Virus record (IMG/VR): IMGVR_UViG_3300020316_000018
Location: 1 to 32,025 of that record
DNA length: 32,025 bases
Source: a virus
Lineage: Duplodnaviria > Caudoviricetes
Direction: 5' to 3' (one strand)
A program made the position numbers and the translations under genes. The notes beneath the pieces were generated by a model, which had not been told where the DNA came from, did no database searches, and saw nothing but the letters and a program-made list of their open reading frames with translations. Numbering within the stretch: position 1 is the stretch's first letter; every line of letters starts with the position of its first letter. Below, in pieces: positions 8,544 through 18,780 of this stretch.

Positions 8544-11500
8544 TGGATGATTTTTCTTTTAATACTAATTTTTTAGGCAGAGATGGTTTTACCTGGTGGA
8601 TAGGGCAGATTGCTCCTTATAAGGATGCTGATGACAATCCCCTGAACTCCATGATTGATAGTAGTGAGAGTTGGGGTGCACCAAGATATAAAGTTCGCAT
8701 TATGGGGTATCATCCCTATACTACAGCAGAACTTGGAGATGAAGACCTTCCTTGGGCGTTAGTTATGCGTCCTCCAGGAACTGGAACTGGTTCTGCTGGC
8801 ATGTCAAAGACAATTCATTTCAACCAGGGAGATACTGTAATTGGTTTTTTCCTTGACAATGAGAATGCCCAGCAACCAATTATTATGGGTGCTTTGGGTA
8901 ATTCTAAGTATGCTGCTAAAAATGGTGAAAAACTTCCCTTTGGAAATTTCACTGGATATAATGAGGATATGAAACCACCTTCGGCAAAGGTGAGAACGCA
9001 ATCAGAATCGTCAGATATTCAAGAACAACCATCTCCACAAAGTAACGATACAACTAAAACTGATGCTCCAGTAATATCATCCGCTGATGGAATTAAAATT
9101 ACAAATCCTTGTGGCGGTAATGACAGTCCTAAAGATGCTAAGGGTAGTCAACATCTTACAGACATAAGAAATGCTGTTGAGCAATTTAGTGACTCTGTTA
9201 AGAGAATAAAAGCTGACTTTGATGAGGGTTCTGAATTTGTAAAAGACTGGATCAAGCAAGAAATTAAAGTTAGAAAAGAACAAATAGTTGGGCAAGCATC
9301 TGGTTTTGTCAATGGTATGATTGTTGACTTTGCTGAGCAGGTAATTCCTTTGATGAAAAAGGGACTTGAAATGCTATATCAAAAAGTATTTAATTTAGTG
9401 TTTGCTGCTACAAGAGTATATTCTATTGCTAGAGCAGCAGGTCTTGCCGCACAACAAGTTATGGCAGTTCCAATCAAATTTCTGCAAGATCAATTACCTT
9501 GTATTGTCAATTCAATTTTAGGTAAGATTGGGAACACTGTAGAGAGTGTTCTTAGTTCAATTGTTGACAATGTTGATAATTTTGTTCAGTGTGTAGCGGA
9601 TCAAACGGTAGGAGTTCTTGTTAATGATGTTATTGGTCAGGCGGCAGATGGATTAAGTAGTGCCCTTGGTGGTCTTAATAAAATTATGCAGTTTATCAAC
9701 GCTTTTGGTAGTCCAGGAGAATTTGTTGAGAACTTGATGAGAAACACTATTGGTGGTCTTCTGGGTCTGATTGGTGTTGCTGGTTGTAATGATCAAAAAG
9801 AGAAAGATGCAATGGGTCCATGTAAATCTATTTTGGGTGTTGGACCAGCATTCAATGATCCAACTGATTTAAGGGGAATTATTGATAATGCAAATATTGC
9901 CAAGGTAGCTACAAATGTTGCTAATGTTGCAGGACTTGATCTTGAAGGTGTTCAAGATGTTGCTGAAGGTGTTAGGGGTGTGGTTGGTGCCTTTGATATA
10001 TTCAATCCAGACTCTAAGAAACCAGGATTTGTCAGTGATATAGGTGGATGTTATACTGGTCCACCACAAATCTGTAGACCACCAATTATTAGAATATTTG
10101 GTGGTGGAGGAGATGGTGCTGCTGCCGCTCCACTCTTCGGATTTCCAGACTTTGAAACTGGAACAGCAAGCATTATTGATGTTCAAATAACAAATCCCGG
10201 AAATGGATACACGTATCCACCATTTGTTCAAATTGTTGACAGTTGTAATCAAGGATATGGTGCTATCGCTAGGGCAACAGTAAAGGATGGAAGAGTAGAT
10301 AGAATTTATTTGTCTTCTATTGGTGAAAATTATCCTGTTCAAGAAGTATTACCATTAACTGTGGGTAGGGTTGATATCGTTAATCCAGGTTCTGGTTATG
10401 AAGATGGTGATATTGTATCTGATAATCTTGGAAATGTATACAGTGCAAATATTGTTAATGGATTAATTACTAAGGTTATTCCTAGAACTACCGTAGAAAC
10501 AACTGAACTGCCAATAATTACTGTTACCAGTGTAAATGGTAGTGGTGCTATTCTCATTCCTAAACTTGGACTGAGAGGATTGGGAGGACCAGTTGAGGAG
10601 GTTATTGATTGTATTGGTGTTGATAATATTGTTGGATATGTTGATAATCAACCATATAGGGGTCCAACTCATATCCATGAGGGAAGACTAATGACTGGCG
10701 CAACGCATTCGGAGAGATCACAATATATCACTGAAGAGCGTAAACAAATTGTTGGATATGTGAATGGTATTCCTTATACTGGACCATCCCATATTTCTGA
10801 AGGAGGATCCGGCGGCGGAGGCGGAAGACTGATGACAGGATTAGCACCTTCTCCAAATTCCCAAGTCATTTACGAAAGTAAATCTGAAAGTGAGAGGTTA
10901 TCAGGAGTCGCACCAGATAATAATTTCAAACCAGTATACAAAGGGGATCAAGTTGGATATGTTGATGGCGAACCTTATGAAGGTGAATTCCACATTGATC
11001 AAACAACTGGTAAGAAGATGACAGGAGAGCCAGATTCAGAGGATAGCAAAGTTATTGATGATGATCAAGTTGGATTTGTAAATGGTGAACCTTTCTATGG
11101 AGATTTCCATTATCACAATGGATATCCAATGACAGGTGAATATCATAGTGGTAGTGGTGAATATATTCACAGAACAAGTTCAAGTAGTATTAGTAATCAG
11201 TATCCAGAAAGATTTTGGGTTTATTATCCACCAGAATACTATAGACGATACACATATAAACGTAAACCAACACAATATATCCAACCTGGAGCATTACAAA
11301 GAACACCGGGGCGTTACAGACCTCCCACAAATCCTCCAATATTTCAAACTTACTCGTTTGAAGGCATAGATGGAAACTTCCTTGGTGCCACACCACAGTT
11401 TGTGCCTGGTAGTGGATATGATCCACTCCCCCCTGATGGAAATGGTCTTCAAGGACCTTCTGATTACGGAAGCGGGTTACCTGAGGGTGTCACATGTGGT

Positions 11501-11701
11501 TTATCGGCATGTGTTGATGCAAATGGAAATATTGTTGATTTTAATGATACCAATTATGACCTTGGTCCCGACCCTGGCGCAGATGACCTTGATCTTGATG
11601 GAAGTGGCGGCGGCGGTGGCGGCGACGATGATGATTATCTGGGACTAGACTTCTATGATGACGAAGGTAATTTTGATCTTGGTTCTCAAGATTATGCATA
11701 A
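8543..11701 (+). CDS. gp5: Baseplate central spike, gp5-like N-terminal OB-fold protein with no recognisable lysozyme domain
   Basis: FLGRDGFTWWIGQI, RYKVRIMGYH, DLPWA, GDTVIGFFLD..AQQPIIMG; later ITNPGNGY-type repeats and His-containing repeats. Confidence 0.85.
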   Translation: MDDFSFNTNFLGRDGFTWWIGQIAPYKDADDNPLNSMIDSSESWGAPRYKVRIMGYHPYTTAELGDEDLPWALVMRPPGTGTGSAGMSKTIHFNQGDTVIGFFLDNENAQQPIIMGALGNSKYAAKNGEKLPFGNFTGYNEDMKPPSAKVRTQSESSDIQEQPSPQSNDTTKTDAPVISSADGIKITNPCGGNDSPKDAKGSQHLTDIRNAVEQFSDSVKRIKADFDEGSEFVKDWIKQEIKVRKEQIVGQASGFVNGMIVDFAEQVIPLMKKGLEMLYQKVFNLVFAATRVYSIARAAGLAAQQVMAVPIKFLQDQLPCIVNSILGKIGNTVESVLSSIVDNVDNFVQCVADQTVGVLVNDVIGQAADGLSSALGGLNKIMQFINAFGSPGEFVENLMRNTIGGLLGLIGVAGCNDQKEKDAMGPCKSILGVGPAFNDPTDLRGIIDNANIAKVATNVANVAGLDLEGVQDVAEGVRGVVGAFDIFNPDSKKPGFVSDIGGCYTGPPQICRPPIIRIFGGGGDGAAAAPLFGFPDFETGTASIIDVQITNPGNGYTYPPFVQIVDSCNQGYGAIARATVKDGRVDRIYLSSIGENYPVQEVLPLTVGRVDIVNPGSGYEDGDIVSDNLGNVYSANIVNGLITKVIPRTTVETTELPIITVTSVNGSGAILIPKLGLRGLGGPVEEVIDCIGVDNIVGYVDNQPYRGPTHIHEGRLMTGATHSERSQYITEERKQIVGYVNGIPYTGPSHISEGGSGGGGGRLMTGLAPSPNSQVIYESKSESERLSGVAPDNNFKPVYKGDQVGYVDGEPYEGEFHIDQTTGKKMTGEPDSEDSKVIDDDQVGFVNGEPFYGDFHYHNGYPMTGEYHSGSGEYIHRTSSSSISNQYPERFWVYYPPEYYRRYTYKRKPTQYIQPGALQRTPGRYRPPTNPPIFQTYSFEGIDGNFLGATPQFVPGSGYDPLPPDGNGLQGPSDYGSGLPEGVTCGLSACVDANGNIVDFNDTNYDLGPDPGADDLDLDGSGGGGGGDDDDYLGLDFYDDEGNFDLGSQDYA
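10631..11172 (+). repeat. Four ~40-aa repeats VG(Y/F)VxxxP(Y/F)xGxxH...MTG within gp5
   Basis: Units start at 10631, 10751, 10952 and 11069. Confidence 0.85.
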
Positions 11702-11725
11702 AATATCAATTTCCCTATTGGTTAC

Positions 11726-11731
11726 TAAATA
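11726..11731 (+). promoter_or_regulatory. Late promoter core TAAATA
   Basis: CTAAATA in the intergenic gap before ATG 11769. Confidence 0.55.
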
Positions 11732-11768
11732 ATAATAGGTTAATAAGTCATAGATTGTACCATATAAG

Positions 11769-12383
11769 ATGGCAAAACCAAAAGTATTCACACAATCATT
11801 TGCCGAACTTTACGGTCCAAAATTTGGCATTTATGTCAATGACCAACAGATGGGAATTGACGGTAGACAGGTATATCAACTTTATGGCGTAACAGACCAG
11901 GACCTTAAGTCGTCAATAAGATTTAGTGAGTCTGGTGCTCTTAAAATTCATAGTGATAAGAGCATTGAAATCGCTGCTGGTGAATATAATGAAGATAAAG
12001 GCGTTGATATTAACATCCAAGCAAGAAGAGGAAACGTTAATATCAAGGCAGACAGAAACGGTAATGTAAGTATATCTGGTGCTAATATCATTGTTCATGC
12101 TTCTAAAAATCTTGATTTAGAAGCTGGTAAAAGAATTCGTTTGATATCGAATGATATTCAAATAAGAGCAAACTATCATTCTGTGAGATCTCTTAGTGGA
12201 AATGCAACTCCACTCTTGGAACAATTCATTGGTAGAATTTACACGGGAACACAAATAGGAACTGATTTCTTAAGTGGTGAAGTAGGAATTGATGGTTCAT
12301 TCGCTGGTAGTGTTATCGGTGGTGCTGTCGGCGGTCCTGTTGGTGGTTTTGTAGGTAAGGCAATAGGCGGTCTCTTCTCATGA
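11769..12383 (+). CDS. Putative gp5 C-terminal beta-helix-like spike protein with Gly-zipper end
   Basis: Short beta repeats (INIQARRGNVNIKADRNGNVSISGANIIVHASKNLDLEAG); C-terminal GSVIGGAVGGPVGGFVGKAIGG; follows gp5. Confidence 0.55.
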   Translation: MAKPKVFTQSFAELYGPKFGIYVNDQQMGIDGRQVYQLYGVTDQDLKSSIRFSESGALKIHSDKSIEIAAGEYNEDKGVDINIQARRGNVNIKADRNGNVSISGANIIVHASKNLDLEAGKRIRLISNDIQIRANYHSVRSLSGNATPLLEQFIGRIYTGTQIGTDFLSGEVGIDGSFAGSVIGGAVGGPVGGFVGKAIGGLFS

Positions 12384-15300
12384 GCGATCAAGTTTTTAAC
12401 AACCAATCAACATTTACTCAGAAAGTTGAGTTTCTAAAAGACGTTTATGTCTATGGAAAACTTTACTATGATTTTATTGATTTTGAGAATCTTACTATCA
12501 CGAAACAGGCAGATATTTCTAATCTGTATGTTTCTGGTCTTTCAACCTTTGCTGGTGCCTCAGTATTTCAAAGCACTGTTTCTATAGCATCTACTGCGAC
12601 ACTTTCAAATGTTAATGTTACTGGGTTACTTGATGTAAATCACATTGATGTTGGAATTGCGACAGTTCGCGAAAGATTTGAACTCACTACTGATACTGGC
12701 ACACAATATCTTGTAGGTCATGCTTCAGGTCCTCGCGCTGGCAGTGTAGGTATAGGTAGTACACTACCCGATAGGGATCTGGATGTTAGTGAACTTAGGG
12801 TCACTGGTAATATTTTTGACTCTGTTAATAATCAAGGATCCAATGGATTCTACCTCTCTCGTGATGTAAATGGTATTCGTTGGGTCAATGCTGCACCAGA
12901 TGCTCAGACTGACGGATTCTTTGTTCAAAATGAAGGTGTATTAGTTGGTGTTGGTTCATTCACCACGATGAACCTGATTGGAACTGACACTGGTGGTGAT
13001 GTAGTTCAAGCAACTGCTAATGGAACCACTGTTGATATTCGCATCAAAGATCACTGGAATAAAAATAATGCTGGATTACATACAACAGTTAATGTAGGTA
13101 TTAACAAAGTATCACCAGAAGTTCCTCTGGATGTTGATGGGTTTGCATTATTCAGAGGTAATATTGGAATAGTTGGTGTAGCGACTTTTGGCAACACTGT
13201 AAGGATTGATGCCCCTTTAAGGGTTCATAACAATAATATCACTGGAACGGCAACAACGGCAATCTACGCACACAACGCTGGTGTTTCTACCGTAGCTTTT
13301 GCCGCATCATTTACATCAGTTACTGGTGTTGCCACTTTTGCGAGGAGAACAGGATTTGCGACTGTTGCTGCTGCAGCCACATTCGCACAAGTTGCAGGAA
13401 TATCTACATTCTCAAGAGTTGCTTTTGCTGCAACATTCGCTCAGACTGCTGGTGTCGCTACAGTTGCAAATCAAACTGGATTCTCTACGATTGCTGGTAT
13501 TGCTACCTTCGCTAACCAGTCAGGATTCTCTACAGTATCAGGAACTGCTACTTTTGCTCAAAGGGCAGGTATTGTTACTTTTGCTAGTCAGACAGGATTT
13601 GCTACTGTCGCTGGTATTGCTACCTTTGCTAATCAATCTGGATTCTCCACCGTTTCAGGTGCTGCTACATTTGCAAGAATTGCTGGTTTCTCCACCTTCG
13701 CCAAACAATCTGGTTTTGCTACGGTAGCAGGATTAGCAACAAATGCTACTAGAGCAGGTATTGCTACATTTATTGAAACTGTTGAAACTCTTACAGATCA
13801 AGAGTTTTTCATTCCTTTTGTTGCAAACTCTGCATCTACAGGTATTGAAACCGTAAGAGTTGATGCCGGATTCAGATATAATCCATCAAGAGATAATGTT
13901 ATTGTTGGTGGTGGTCTTACAGTTGGTGGTGCCACAACAATTCACAATACATTAAGAGTTGATTTAGATGCCAATGTTGGTGGTGGATTAACAGTTGGTG
14001 GTGCTACTACAATCCACAATGCACTCAAAGTTGATGGAAACACTGTCCTTGATGGTTCATTAGAACTTAATAATGCTCTGATTGATATTAACGGTAGTGT
14101 CGCCACCGGTAAGACTGATTACAGATTATCTTCAGTTGGAACTGGTGTATCGTGGAGACCACCTGGTGTTGAAACAACAAATATCTTATATGTCACCAAA
14201 GATGGAAATGACTCAAACTCTGGACTACTTGAAGGTGATGCCAAAGCTACAATTGGTGGTGCTGCAGCAGTTGCTCTGGATGGAGACACCATATATGTAA
14301 GACCCGGAACATACTTTGAAAATAATCCTATCGGACTTAGAACTGATGTTTCTATCTCTGGTCAAGATCTCAGACTTGTAACCGTTGTTCCTAATAATCC
14401 AGCAGAGGACCTGTTCCATGTTAGACGCGGTTGTTTGATTGAGAATATGAACTTCGCTGGTAACAGTGTTGCCATTGGATACACTGGTGCGATGGTTGCT
14501 TTCCCACCACTGACTGCTAATCAGAATAGTGGGTATGTTGCCCCAGGACCTGCCAATGAAGGTCCAAGTGGTAGATGGAGATCTCCATACGTTCGTAACT
14601 GCACTAATTTTGCTACTGATAGCATCGGTATGAGAGTGGATGGTGATCTTGCTAATGCAGCATTTACTGGAACTAATAATCTGGGACAAGACCTTAAGAG
14701 TATGGTTGTTGACTCTTATACTCAATACAATCAGAATGGGATTGGTGTTTCAATAGTCAACAAAGGATATGCACAGTTGGTTTCTATCTTCACAATCAAC
14801 TCCAAAATTGCTATATTTGCTGGTGGTGGTGGTCAGTGTGACCTTACAAACTCCAATTCTTCTTTTGGTGTTTTCGGTCTTTTCGCTGATGGCACGAGTG
14901 GCGACGAATTTACTGGTATTACCACTGGTGCTAAACTGGCAGACGTTGATACCTTCCAAGTATTTGGTGTTCGTGATGATAATGCTGATGTCAGAAAACC
15001 ATTTGACGGTCAAGGTGCTTTCTTCAAGATAAACCTTGATGATTACTCTGATACTGGAACTAAGACGGGTATTGTTACTGAACCCCTCAGAGTAATAAGA
15101 AATATCAAAGTCACAAACGGTGGATCTGGATACAGTCAGTCGGCACCACCATCAGTTACTGTATCCTCACCATTTGGTCCTGAGGGAATTCTGGCAGAAT
15201 TATCTGCTAATGTTAGTGCTGCTGGAACTGTAAGTTCTGTTGATGTTATTGCTAGTGGTAGAAACTTCTTACCTGCTGGTTCTGGTAATAATCAGCAGAA

Positions 15301-15760
15301 CATTTCAATTACTTTCTCTGGTGGTGGCGGAGCAGCAGCAGAGGCAGTCACTGACCCAATTTTATTCACGGTTGATAAGTCAACCGAACCTACTACTAAT
15401 ACTGGATTATCAACTGTTACTTTTAATGAATTTGTCCCTTATGCTGTAGGAACTGGTGTAAGTATGAGTTTCCGCCGCCTCAGTCGCATTATCACCAGTT
15501 CGCACTCATTTGAATACGTCGGTGCGGGCACGGACATAAATAGAGCAAACCCCTTCCAGGGTGGAGAACCTATTCCTGAGAATGAAATTGTCGCTATCAA
15601 TGGTGGACAAATTCCATTCACAAGCACAGACCAAAAAGGCAACTTTAAAATTGGTCAAGGACTGGTTATCAACCAAACAACATCAACTATTGCTGGAAGA
15701 GATTTCAATAGAGCGATACAAGCAAACCTTACACCATTGATACTTGCCCTGGGAGGATAA
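12380..15760 (+). CDS. Large fibre/tailspike-like structural protein with probable right-handed beta-helix domain
   Basis: LYVTKDGNDSNSG..AKATI..A..GDTIYVRPGTY is a typical beta-helix N-cap; SPYVRNCT; Ala/Thr repeat shaft; C-terminal SHSFEYVGAG..STDQKGNFKIG. Confidence 0.7.
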   Translation: MSDQVFNNQSTFTQKVEFLKDVYVYGKLYYDFIDFENLTITKQADISNLYVSGLSTFAGASVFQSTVSIASTATLSNVNVTGLLDVNHIDVGIATVRERFELTTDTGTQYLVGHASGPRAGSVGIGSTLPDRDLDVSELRVTGNIFDSVNNQGSNGFYLSRDVNGIRWVNAAPDAQTDGFFVQNEGVLVGVGSFTTMNLIGTDTGGDVVQATANGTTVDIRIKDHWNKNNAGLHTTVNVGINKVSPEVPLDVDGFALFRGNIGIVGVATFGNTVRIDAPLRVHNNNITGTATTAIYAHNAGVSTVAFAASFTSVTGVATFARRTGFATVAAAATFAQVAGISTFSRVAFAATFAQTAGVATVANQTGFSTIAGIATFANQSGFSTVSGTATFAQRAGIVTFASQTGFATVAGIATFANQSGFSTVSGAATFARIAGFSTFAKQSGFATVAGLATNATRAGIATFIETVETLTDQEFFIPFVANSASTGIETVRVDAGFRYNPSRDNVIVGGGLTVGGATTIHNTLRVDLDANVGGGLTVGGATTIHNALKVDGNTVLDGSLELNNALIDINGSVATGKTDYRLSSVGTGVSWRPPGVETTNILYVTKDGNDSNSGLLEGDAKATIGGAAAVALDGDTIYVRPGTYFENNPIGLRTDVSISGQDLRLVTVVPNNPAEDLFHVRRGCLIENMNFAGNSVAIGYTGAMVAFPPLTANQNSGYVAPGPANEGPSGRWRSPYVRNCTNFATDSIGMRVDGDLANAAFTGTNNLGQDLKSMVVDSYTQYNQNGIGVSIVNKGYAQLVSIFTINSKIAIFAGGGGQCDLTNSNSSFGVFGLFADGTSGDEFTGITTGAKLADVDTFQVFGVRDDNADVRKPFDGQGAFFKINLDDYSDTGTKTGIVTEPLRVIRNIKVTNGGSGYSQSAPPSVTVSSPFGPEGILAELSANVSAAGTVSSVDVIASGRNFLPAGSGNNQQNISITFSGGGGAAAEAVTDPILFTVDKSTEPTTNTGLSTVTFNEFVPYAVGTGVSMSFRRLSRIITSSHSFEYVGAGTDINRANPFQGGEPIPENEIVAINGGQIPFTSTDQKGNFKIGQGLVINQTTSTIAGRDFNRAIQANLTPLILALGG
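13240..13772 (+). repeat. Ala/Thr/Phe quasi-repeat (AGIATFANQ / SGFSTV units)
   Basis: Visible in the translation; near-duplicate nucleotide blocks about 117 bp apart (around 13490 and 13607). Confidence 0.8.
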
Positions 15761-15769
15761 TAAGATAAG

Positions 15770-16738
15770 ATGGCAGTCGCACCAGTTAATAAGTTTATTA
15801 CAATTGCTGTTCCAGTTGCACCAGGAGAGCAGAAACTTTATGAGGTTCCCACAGGGACCTCTGCGATTTTGCTGTATGCACAAGTTGCTAATGTTGGAGT
15901 AGGAACTTATCCAACAGCAACTTTAATTCATAGAAGAGAATCAAGAAGCACGGGTAATCAGAGAGATATTAGAGTAATTAAGGATATTGAAGTTCCACCT
16001 AATGACGCTGCCATTTTGATTGATGGTAGATTAGTCTTAGAGAAGACTGCTTCCACGTTTGATAGATTGTTTATGACTGCCACACAAACTGGTGTAGGCA
16101 CAGTCTATGATGTAAAATATCACGAACCTGCTGGTGTGGCAACTGTCACAACTATGGATCCTCATGGATTTGAAGCAGGAGATCAAGTCACTCTCGCTGG
16201 ACTTGCATTCACTTGTCTTGGAAGCACAGGTATTACGACAACGATATTCCCAGATCCTCAACAGTCCTATACTGTTGATAGTATCACTGATAATGTAGGA
16301 ACCTCAAGAACATTTACTACATTTATTGGTGGTTCTCTTGGATACGTTCATATATTCAATCCTGCTATTCACTACTTTGTGCGTTCTAAGGCAGAGTCCA
16401 TCACAGATAATAATGGTACAAAATATACGCCAACCACGGCAGAATACAGCGGAAAGACTGGTAATTTAGTTCTCACTATGCCTTCTCATGGACTTACAAC
16501 CTCTAATACTGTAAGTATCGCCACTTCTTCTTTAGTATTCACTTGCACTCAAGATAATAATTCTACAGAGCACGCATACCCAAGACCTACAGATCCTGTT
16601 GCTGGTATTCAAACTGGCATCGGCGCTACGACTGTAAACACTATTACTGTTTATGTCGGCGTTTCAACTGCTGGTGGATTGGTCGCGCCACTACAGATGG
16701 AATTCCTCGCAAGTATTCTTGAAAACTCTACAACTTAA
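15770..16738 (+). CDS. Virion structural protein, function unknown
   Basis: Thr/Gly-rich beta protein with two related HG(F/L)...V.(L/I)A.L.FTC modules; in the late operon. Confidence 0.55.
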   Translation: MAVAPVNKFITIAVPVAPGEQKLYEVPTGTSAILLYAQVANVGVGTYPTATLIHRRESRSTGNQRDIRVIKDIEVPPNDAAILIDGRLVLEKTASTFDRLFMTATQTGVGTVYDVKYHEPAGVATVTTMDPHGFEAGDQVTLAGLAFTCLGSTGITTTIFPDPQQSYTVDSITDNVGTSRTFTTFIGGSLGYVHIFNPAIHYFVRSKAESITDNNGTKYTPTTAEYSGKTGNLVLTMPSHGLTTSNTVSIATSSLVFTCTQDNNSTEHAYPRPTDPVAGIQTGIGATTVNTITVYVGVSTAGGLVAPLQMEFLASILENSTT

Positions 16739-16744
16739 TAAGAG

Positions 16745-18754
16745 ATGGCAGACGCAAGAAAACCGACGCAGCGATATCTCAGTGGTAGAGTTAAGATTGT
16801 TAATAATGCCGGTCTGCATACTGACCGACATCTTTATGTGTCTCCAGGAGAGGTAGAACCAAATCTAGGATATCCTGGAGAAAAAAGTATACCCCTATCA
16901 AATCAATACTATCAATTAATTACCATTCCTAATGGTGATACTTACGATAGATATTGGCAACAACAACCTGGATTGCAACCAGGTGGTATTAGTGTTTTTG
17001 ATGAAAGCACTCTAATTGGTGTTGCAAATAGTATATCAAAACTTAATTTTGTTGGTGCTGGTGTTACTGCCACCGCTAGTGGCACTATTTCTACAATTAC
17101 AATTGATGCTGCTAGTGCTAGAGTAAAAGTATCTGAAAACCCACCAACAAGTCCATCACCTGTAAATGGTGATTTGTGGTGGGATAGTGATCTTGGTGAG
17201 CTTTATATTTACTATGTTGATGCTGATAGTGCTCAGTGGGTAGAAACTTCTGGTGGTAGTGAGACAGTAACCATATCTGATGACGCTCCTTCAAGTCCTA
17301 ATGGTGGTGATTTATGGTGGGAAAGTGACACAGGTCGTCTCAAAATATATTACAACGATGGTGATAGCGCACAGTGGGTTGATGCCAATGCTGGTCTGTT
17401 AGATGACTTAAGCACTCCATGGAATAGAAATAGTGTTGGTATTCATACTTTATCTAATGTTGGTATTGGCACAACCAATCCACTTTCTGTAGTCAACTCT
17501 TCAAATACAACAGTTCTTTCTGCTGGTATTGTTACTGCCTACAAGTTCTACGGTGATGGATCTAATCTAACTGGTATTAGTGGATTAGGATCTCAAGGTG
17601 CTCAAGGTGTCCAGGGTGCTACTGGTGCTCAAGGTGCTCAAGGACATCAGGGTGTTCAAGGTGCCACAGGATCTACAGGTAATCAAGGTGTTCAAGGTGC
17701 CACAGGATCTGGTGCACAAGGTGCTCAAGGTGTCCAAGGTGCTCAAGGTGTCCAAGGTGCCACAGGATCTGGTGCCCAAGGTGTCCAAGGTGCTCAAGGA
17801 CATCAAGGACATCAAGGAGTTCAAGGTGCTACAGGTTCTGGTGCACAAGGTGCTCAAGGTGTCCAAGGTGCTCAAGGACATCAAGGAGTTCAAGGTGCTA
17901 CGGGATCTGGTGCCCAAGGTGCACAAGGTGCTCAAGGACATCAAGGAGTTCAAGGTGCTACGGGATCTGGTGCCCAAGGTGCACAAGGTGCTCAAGGTGC
18001 ACAGGGTGTTCAGGGTGCCACAAATAATTTGTCAATATCTACCAGTCCACCAGGATCTCCTAGTGCTGGTGATATGTGGTGGGATAGTGATGATGGTATA
18101 TTAGCAGTTTATTATGATGATGGTTCTGGATCACCCTCTGCTCAGTGGGTAGAAATTGCAGCAGGTCCTAATGGAAATCAGGGTGTTCAGGGATCTCAAG
18201 GTGCTCAGGGTGCTACAGGTGCTCAGGGTGCTACAGGTGTTCAAGGTGCTCAGGGACATCAGGGAGTACAAGGATCTACAGGATCTACCGGTCCTCAAGG
18301 CGTTCAAGGATCTACAGGATCTACTGGTCCTCAAGGCGTTCAAGGATCTACAGGATCTACTGGTCCTCAAGGCGTTCAGGGTGCTACAGGTTCAATACCA
18401 TCAGGTGTTATAATGTTATGGTCTGGCGCTGCTAACGCTATTCCGAATGGATATGTTTTGTGTGACGGCAATAACAGCACTCCCGACTTAAGAGATAGAT
18501 TTGTCGTTGGTGCTGGAAATAATTATGCTGTTGATGCTACCGGTGGTGCTGATTCTGTCACTCTTACATTAAATCAGATACCGTCTCACGATCATGGTTA
18601 TAGCCGTGCAACACAAAGGAATGTTGCTGATGGTGGTGTAAATGGTGCTTATGTATCATCCTTGACTAGTGCTACTACAGGCACAGCAGGTGGTGGACAA
18701 TCACATGAAAACAGACCACCATACTATGCACTCTGTTATATCATGAAGACCTAA
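16745..18754 (+). CDS. Collagen-like fibre protein 1 with three GD(L/M)WW knobs and C-terminal tail-collar/needle domain
   Basis: Gly-X-Y tracts; IPSGVIMLWSG..IPNGYVLCDGNNSTPDLRDRFVVGAG (collar); [20 protein letters not shown]. Confidence 0.85.
   Translation: MADARKPTQRYLSGRVKIVNNAGLHTDRHLYVSPGEVEPNLGYPGEKSIPLSNQYYQLITIPNGDTYDRYWQQQPGLQPGGISVFDESTLIGVANSISKLNFVGAGVTATASGTISTITIDAASARVKVSENPPTSPSPVNGDLWWDSDLGELYIYYVDADSAQWVETSGGSETVTISDDAPSSPNGGDLWWESDTGRLKIYYNDGDSAQWVDANAGLLDDLSTPWNRNSVGIHTLSNVGIGTTNPLSVVNSSNTTVLSAGIVTAYKFYGDGSNLTGISGLGSQGAQGVQGATGAQGAQGHQGVQGATGSTGNQGVQGATGSGAQGAQGVQGAQGVQGATGSGAQGVQGAQGHQGHQGVQGATGSGAQGAQGVQGAQGHQGVQGATGSGAQGAQGAQGHQGVQGATGSGAQGAQGAQGAQGVQGATNNLSISTSPPGSPSAGDMWWDSDDGILAVYYDDGSGSPSAQWVEIAAGPNGNQGVQGSQGAQGATGAQGATGVQGAQGHQGVQGSTGSTGPQGVQGSTGSTGPQGVQGSTGSTGPQGVQGATGSIPSGVIMLWSGAANAIPNGYVLCDGNNSTPDLRDRFVVGAGNNYAVDATGGADSVTLTLNQIPSHDHGYSRATQRNVADGGVNGAYVSSLTSATTGTAGGGQSHENRPPYYALCYIMKT
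17585..18020 (+). repeat. Collagen-coding tandem repeats including a 60-bp unit ([20 protein letters not shown])
   Basis: Blocks beginning 17881 and 17941 are identical over nearly their whole length. Confidence 0.9.
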
Positions 18755-18780
18755 TAAATATTCAAAAAATAGATAATGGC
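18755..18780 (+). promoter_or_regulatory. Cassette junction 1: TAAATA-x-TCAAAAA-x-TAGATAATGGC
   Basis: taaatattcaaaaaatagataATGgc. Confidence 0.8.

Noticed and set aside
857-16261. Short opposite-strand or nested ORFs within baseplate genes
   Set aside because: They overlap well-supported genes and show no recognisable motifs.
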